A stretch of 64,000 nucleotides of DNA from assembly GCA_963760275.1 (NCBI GenBank), contig CAVXCM010000007.1, forward strand, positions 196,921 to 260,920, given 5' to 3'. Shown here piece by piece: positions 61,586 through 64,000 of the stretch; the stretch's first letter is position 1; every line of letters starts with the position of its first letter. The notes under the pieces are model-generated. The model did no database searches and was not told the origin of the DNA. It saw only the letters and a list, made by a program, of their open reading frames with translations. The translations under genes and the position numbers were made by a program. The stretch is from an uncultured Verrucomicrobiae bacterium. GTDB taxonomy: Bacteria; Verrucomicrobiota; Verrucomicrobiia; Limisphaerales; SIBH01.

Positions 61586-62032
61586 TCAGCCCGGCACAAC
61601 CCGCGCGCGGAGCATGGGTCGAAAAGCGCTGCGATAAGCCCAGGCCAGGTACAACTCCATGACCAACACCACTATTGCGATGCCCGTCCCTTTTGGCGCG
61701 AGGAACAGGTGAAACGTTAGAATGCCGACGAGAATCGGCGCCAGCAGAGCGAGAGCGAGAGGTACGAAACGATTGGCCAGGAGCAATACACCCACCAGGA
61801 GTTGAGTCCCGGAAACCAGTTGCATCATGTAACCCGTATTCATGAGAGCGATGGCAAACGCCACGGCCCCTTCAGGCATGGGATCTTTGGGTTCAGGAAT
61901 GAATCGAAGGAAGCCGTTCAGCCCGAAGACAAGGAACATTAATCCCATCAGGACTCGAACAACTGTGGGCACATGACGACGCCATGATTTCGCGCTTTCG
62001 CCCTGCGAGTGTGCATTCGTTTCTTCTGTCAT
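61586..62032 (-). CDS. DoxX family membrane protein
   Basis: RVLMGLMFLVFGLNGFL, TGYM, LLLANRFVPLAL.LLAPI, FHLFL. Confidence 0.85.
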   Translation of the reverse strand: MTEETNAHSQGESAKSWRRHVPTVVRVLMGLMFLVFGLNGFLRFIPEPKDPMPEGAVAFAIALMNTGYMMQLVSGTQLLVGVLLLANRFVPLALALLAPILVGILTFHLFLAPKGTGIAIVVLVMELYLAWAYRSAFRPMLRARVVPG

Positions 62033-62063
62033 AGTTCCCTCAGCCCATGCCCCGGGACAGTTG

Positions 62064-63251
62064 TTACGTTTCCCTGAGCGCCGCGGCAATGGGCAATCGC
62101 GCCGCACGGATGGCGGGGAAGATGCCGCCCAGCAAACCGATGCACGCCGCCCACACAATGGCGCTGACGAGCAGTGCGGGAGTGACGGCGAACGCAAAGG
62201 TGACCTGGCTGAAGGTCTGCCAGTTTATCGTCGCCGTCTTGAAACCATCAAAGGCAAGATACGCGGCGGCCGCGCCAAGCGCGCCACCGATTAGTGCGAG
62301 AGGATCGATTCGAACAGGATGGAAAGGATCACCGGGCTGGAGCCGAAGCCGAGCGCGCGCAACGTGGCGATCTCGCGGGTGCGCGCGGCGACCGCGCTGT
62401 ACATGGTATTCAACGCGCCGAAGAACGCCCCGAGTGCCATCAGTGCCGCGATGCCGACGCCAATGGTCTCGATGAACGTCGTCAGCATCGTCGATTGTTC
62501 GGCCAAAAACTCCGACTGACGCATGGCTTGACCTTAAGCTGCGGATTCGTGGTGAGCGCATCCTTGAAGGCTTGGAATGCCGAGGCGAGGACAGCCGGGC
62601 GTACACGGACTGGAAGGTTTCGGCGCGATTATACGCCGGCTGGAGAACCGCCGCGTCCGTCCAGATTTCCGATTCCGCGGCGCCGCCGCCGCCCGAGAAA
62701 ATTCCGACTACGGCCCAATCGTTCTGGCCGATGCGAAGGCTTTTCCCAACTTCCAGACCTGAGAAGGCGCGCGCCGCCCCGGAGCCGACGATGACTTCGT
62801 TACGGCCCGACGCAAAAGTCCGCCCCTCCACGATCTTCACGTCCCCGCGAACATCCATGGCGGCCTCGCCCACTCCGCGAAACGGCACGTTGGCATCGGT
62901 GCCGGTCGATCGTTTCGGCAGATTGATGATTACAAATAACTCAGCCGAGGTCATCGGCCCGCCCGCCCCGCGAGCCACGCCCGGCGAATCGGCGATCAAA
63001 CGCGTTTCTTCGCGGGACAGTCCGCTGGTCATCTCACTGTCAGCACCGGTGCGCAGAACGATTGCCACATCTTCGGCGCCGGACACCGTCATCGCCGCGC
63101 GAAACCCTTCCGCGATCGACAGTACACCGACGAGGACGGCGACGACGCCAGCAATGCCGGCGGCGGCGGTAAAAGCGGCGCCTTTGCGCTCGGGGATGGT
63201 GCGCAGATTGAAGGCGGTTATGGAGCCGATTTGGGAGATCCAGTTGATCAC
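62064..63251 (-). CDS. ABC transporter permease (FtsX/MacB type), frameshifted
   Basis: GIAGVVAVLVGVLSIAEGF, GRNEVIVG, GALNTMYSAVAARTREIATLRALGF, GGIFPAIRAARLPI. Confidence 0.85.
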   Translation of the reverse strand: MINWISQIGSITAFNLRTIPERKGAAFTAAAGIAGVVAVLVGVLSIAEGFRAAMTVSGAEDVAIVLRTGADSEMTSGLSREETRLIADSPGVARGAGGPMTSAELFVIINLPKRSTGTDANVPFRGVGEAAMDVRGDVKIVEGRTFASGRNEVIVGSGAARAFSGLEVGKSLRIGQNDWAVVGIFSGGGGAAESEIWTDAAVLQPAYNRAETFQSVYARLSSPRHSKPSRMRSPRIRSLRSSHASVGVFGRTIDDADDVHRDHWRRHRGTDGTRGVLRRVEYHVQRGRRAHPRDRHVARARLRLQPGDPFHPVRIDPLALIGGALGAAAAYLAFDGFKTATINWQTFSQVTFAFAVTPALLVSAIVWAACIGLLGGIFPAIRAARLPIAAALRET

Positions 63252-64000
63252 GCGTTCCTCCTCAGTGCCACGGCGATTCGCAGGCGCATGGCTTGAACGG
63301 CCGGAATGATGCCGGCAATCAAGCCAAGCGCGAATACGATCCCCACGCCGACGAAAACATAGCGCGCGGGCAGATAAAAAACGGGCAGCATGGCAGGCAC
63401 GGGGCTGCCGAACGAAGTGACCAGCTTGGCAACGCCCAGTCCGGCCAGGCCACCCACTGCCGCGATCAGGCACGACTCGATTAGCACCAGAGCCATGACG
63501 AGTTCATTGGTAAACCCCATCGCTTTGAGCACGCCCAACTCTTCCGTGCGCTCACGGACGGATTGCACCATCGTGTTGCCGACGACCAGGAGAATGGTGA
63601 AAAACACGGCGCTGAGTATGGCGATGAGAATCTTGCCGATGTCACCGATCTGTTGGGCGAAGCCCTGCATAAAGGCCCCTTCCGGCTCGGCCTTGGTTTC
63701 GTGAGGCGAGTTGGCGAATTCCGAATCAATCGCCCGTGCCACTTCCTCGGCTCGCGCCGGATCACTTACTCGAACGCCGTACCAGCCCACCAATCCTTTA
63801 CCTTCGGCTCGTCCTTCATCGAAGTAATCGTAGCGAAAATAAAAGCCGGACGTGTCGGTGCCTTTCTTCGCGCCCTCATAAATACCAACGATCTCAAATT
63901 CCCAGGGGCCGTCCCCTTGCCGGGGCCAGATGGGCGACATCAGCGGAATGCGGTCCCCGATCTTCCATTGGAACCGATCGACAAGCGCGCGCCCAACGAT
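63248..64000 (-). CDS. ABC transporter permease (FtsX/MacB type), 5' partial
   Basis: NTMVQSVRERTEELGVLKAMGF, GIIPAVQAMRL. Confidence 0.85.
   Translation of the reverse strand: MVGRALVDRFQWKIGDRIPLMSPIWPRQGDGPWEFEIVGIYEGAKKGTDTSGFYFRYDYFDEGRAEGKGLVGWYGVRVSDPARAEEVARAIDSEFANSPHETKAEPEGAFMQGFAQQIGDIGKILIAILSAVFFTILLVVGNTMVQSVRERTEELGVLKAMGFTNELVMALVLIESCLIAAVGGLAGLGVAKLVTSFGSPVPAMLPVFYLPARYVFVGVGIVFALGLIAGIIPAVQAMRLRIAVALRRNA

Noticed and set aside
1..64000. tRNA, rRNA, integrase or transposase genes
   Set aside because: None recognised by eye; tRNAscan-SE and an HMM search would be needed to exclude them

Overview
GC-rich bacterial window, most likely Verrucomicrobiota of the Pedosphaera/Limisphaera-like group. 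This is inferred from PVC-type DUF1501, DUF1549/DUF1553 and cytochrome-c-WD40 genes, PEP-CTERM and VPDSG-CTERM tails, and PQQ-like propellers. 1-13 kb holds a PVC-type secreted-protein cluster and a large multi-LamG protein. 13-21.5 kb holds PEP-CTERM genes, a flavin-dependent halogenase, a PAS/PP2C regulator and Hsp15. 21.7-32.1 kb is a defence-island-like region. On the minus strand, an EVE-domain nuclease, a Dam-family methylase coupled to a ParB-like protein, and a UG/Abi-class reverse transcriptase with a HEPN-like C-terminus sit among short, scrambled type I R-M (hsdM/hsdR) fragments and palindromic repeats, followed by a 14 x 21-bp tandem array and an FN3 gene. Next comes a direct-repeat-flanked module with hicBA, a truncated Cas4(-Cas1) and a 3-repeat mini CRISPR array. 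34.6-40 kb is an ADH-ALDH-GS-like-ilvA operon. 41-64 kb is mostly housekeeping or stress genes (M28 peptidase, ppx, ptsI, ligD, folC, nadD), an ECF42/YciI cluster sharing a promoter motif, and ABC permeases. Single-base frameshifts cluster in patches and are probably partly long-read consensus errors. All family assignments come from motif recognition by eye, not from database searches.
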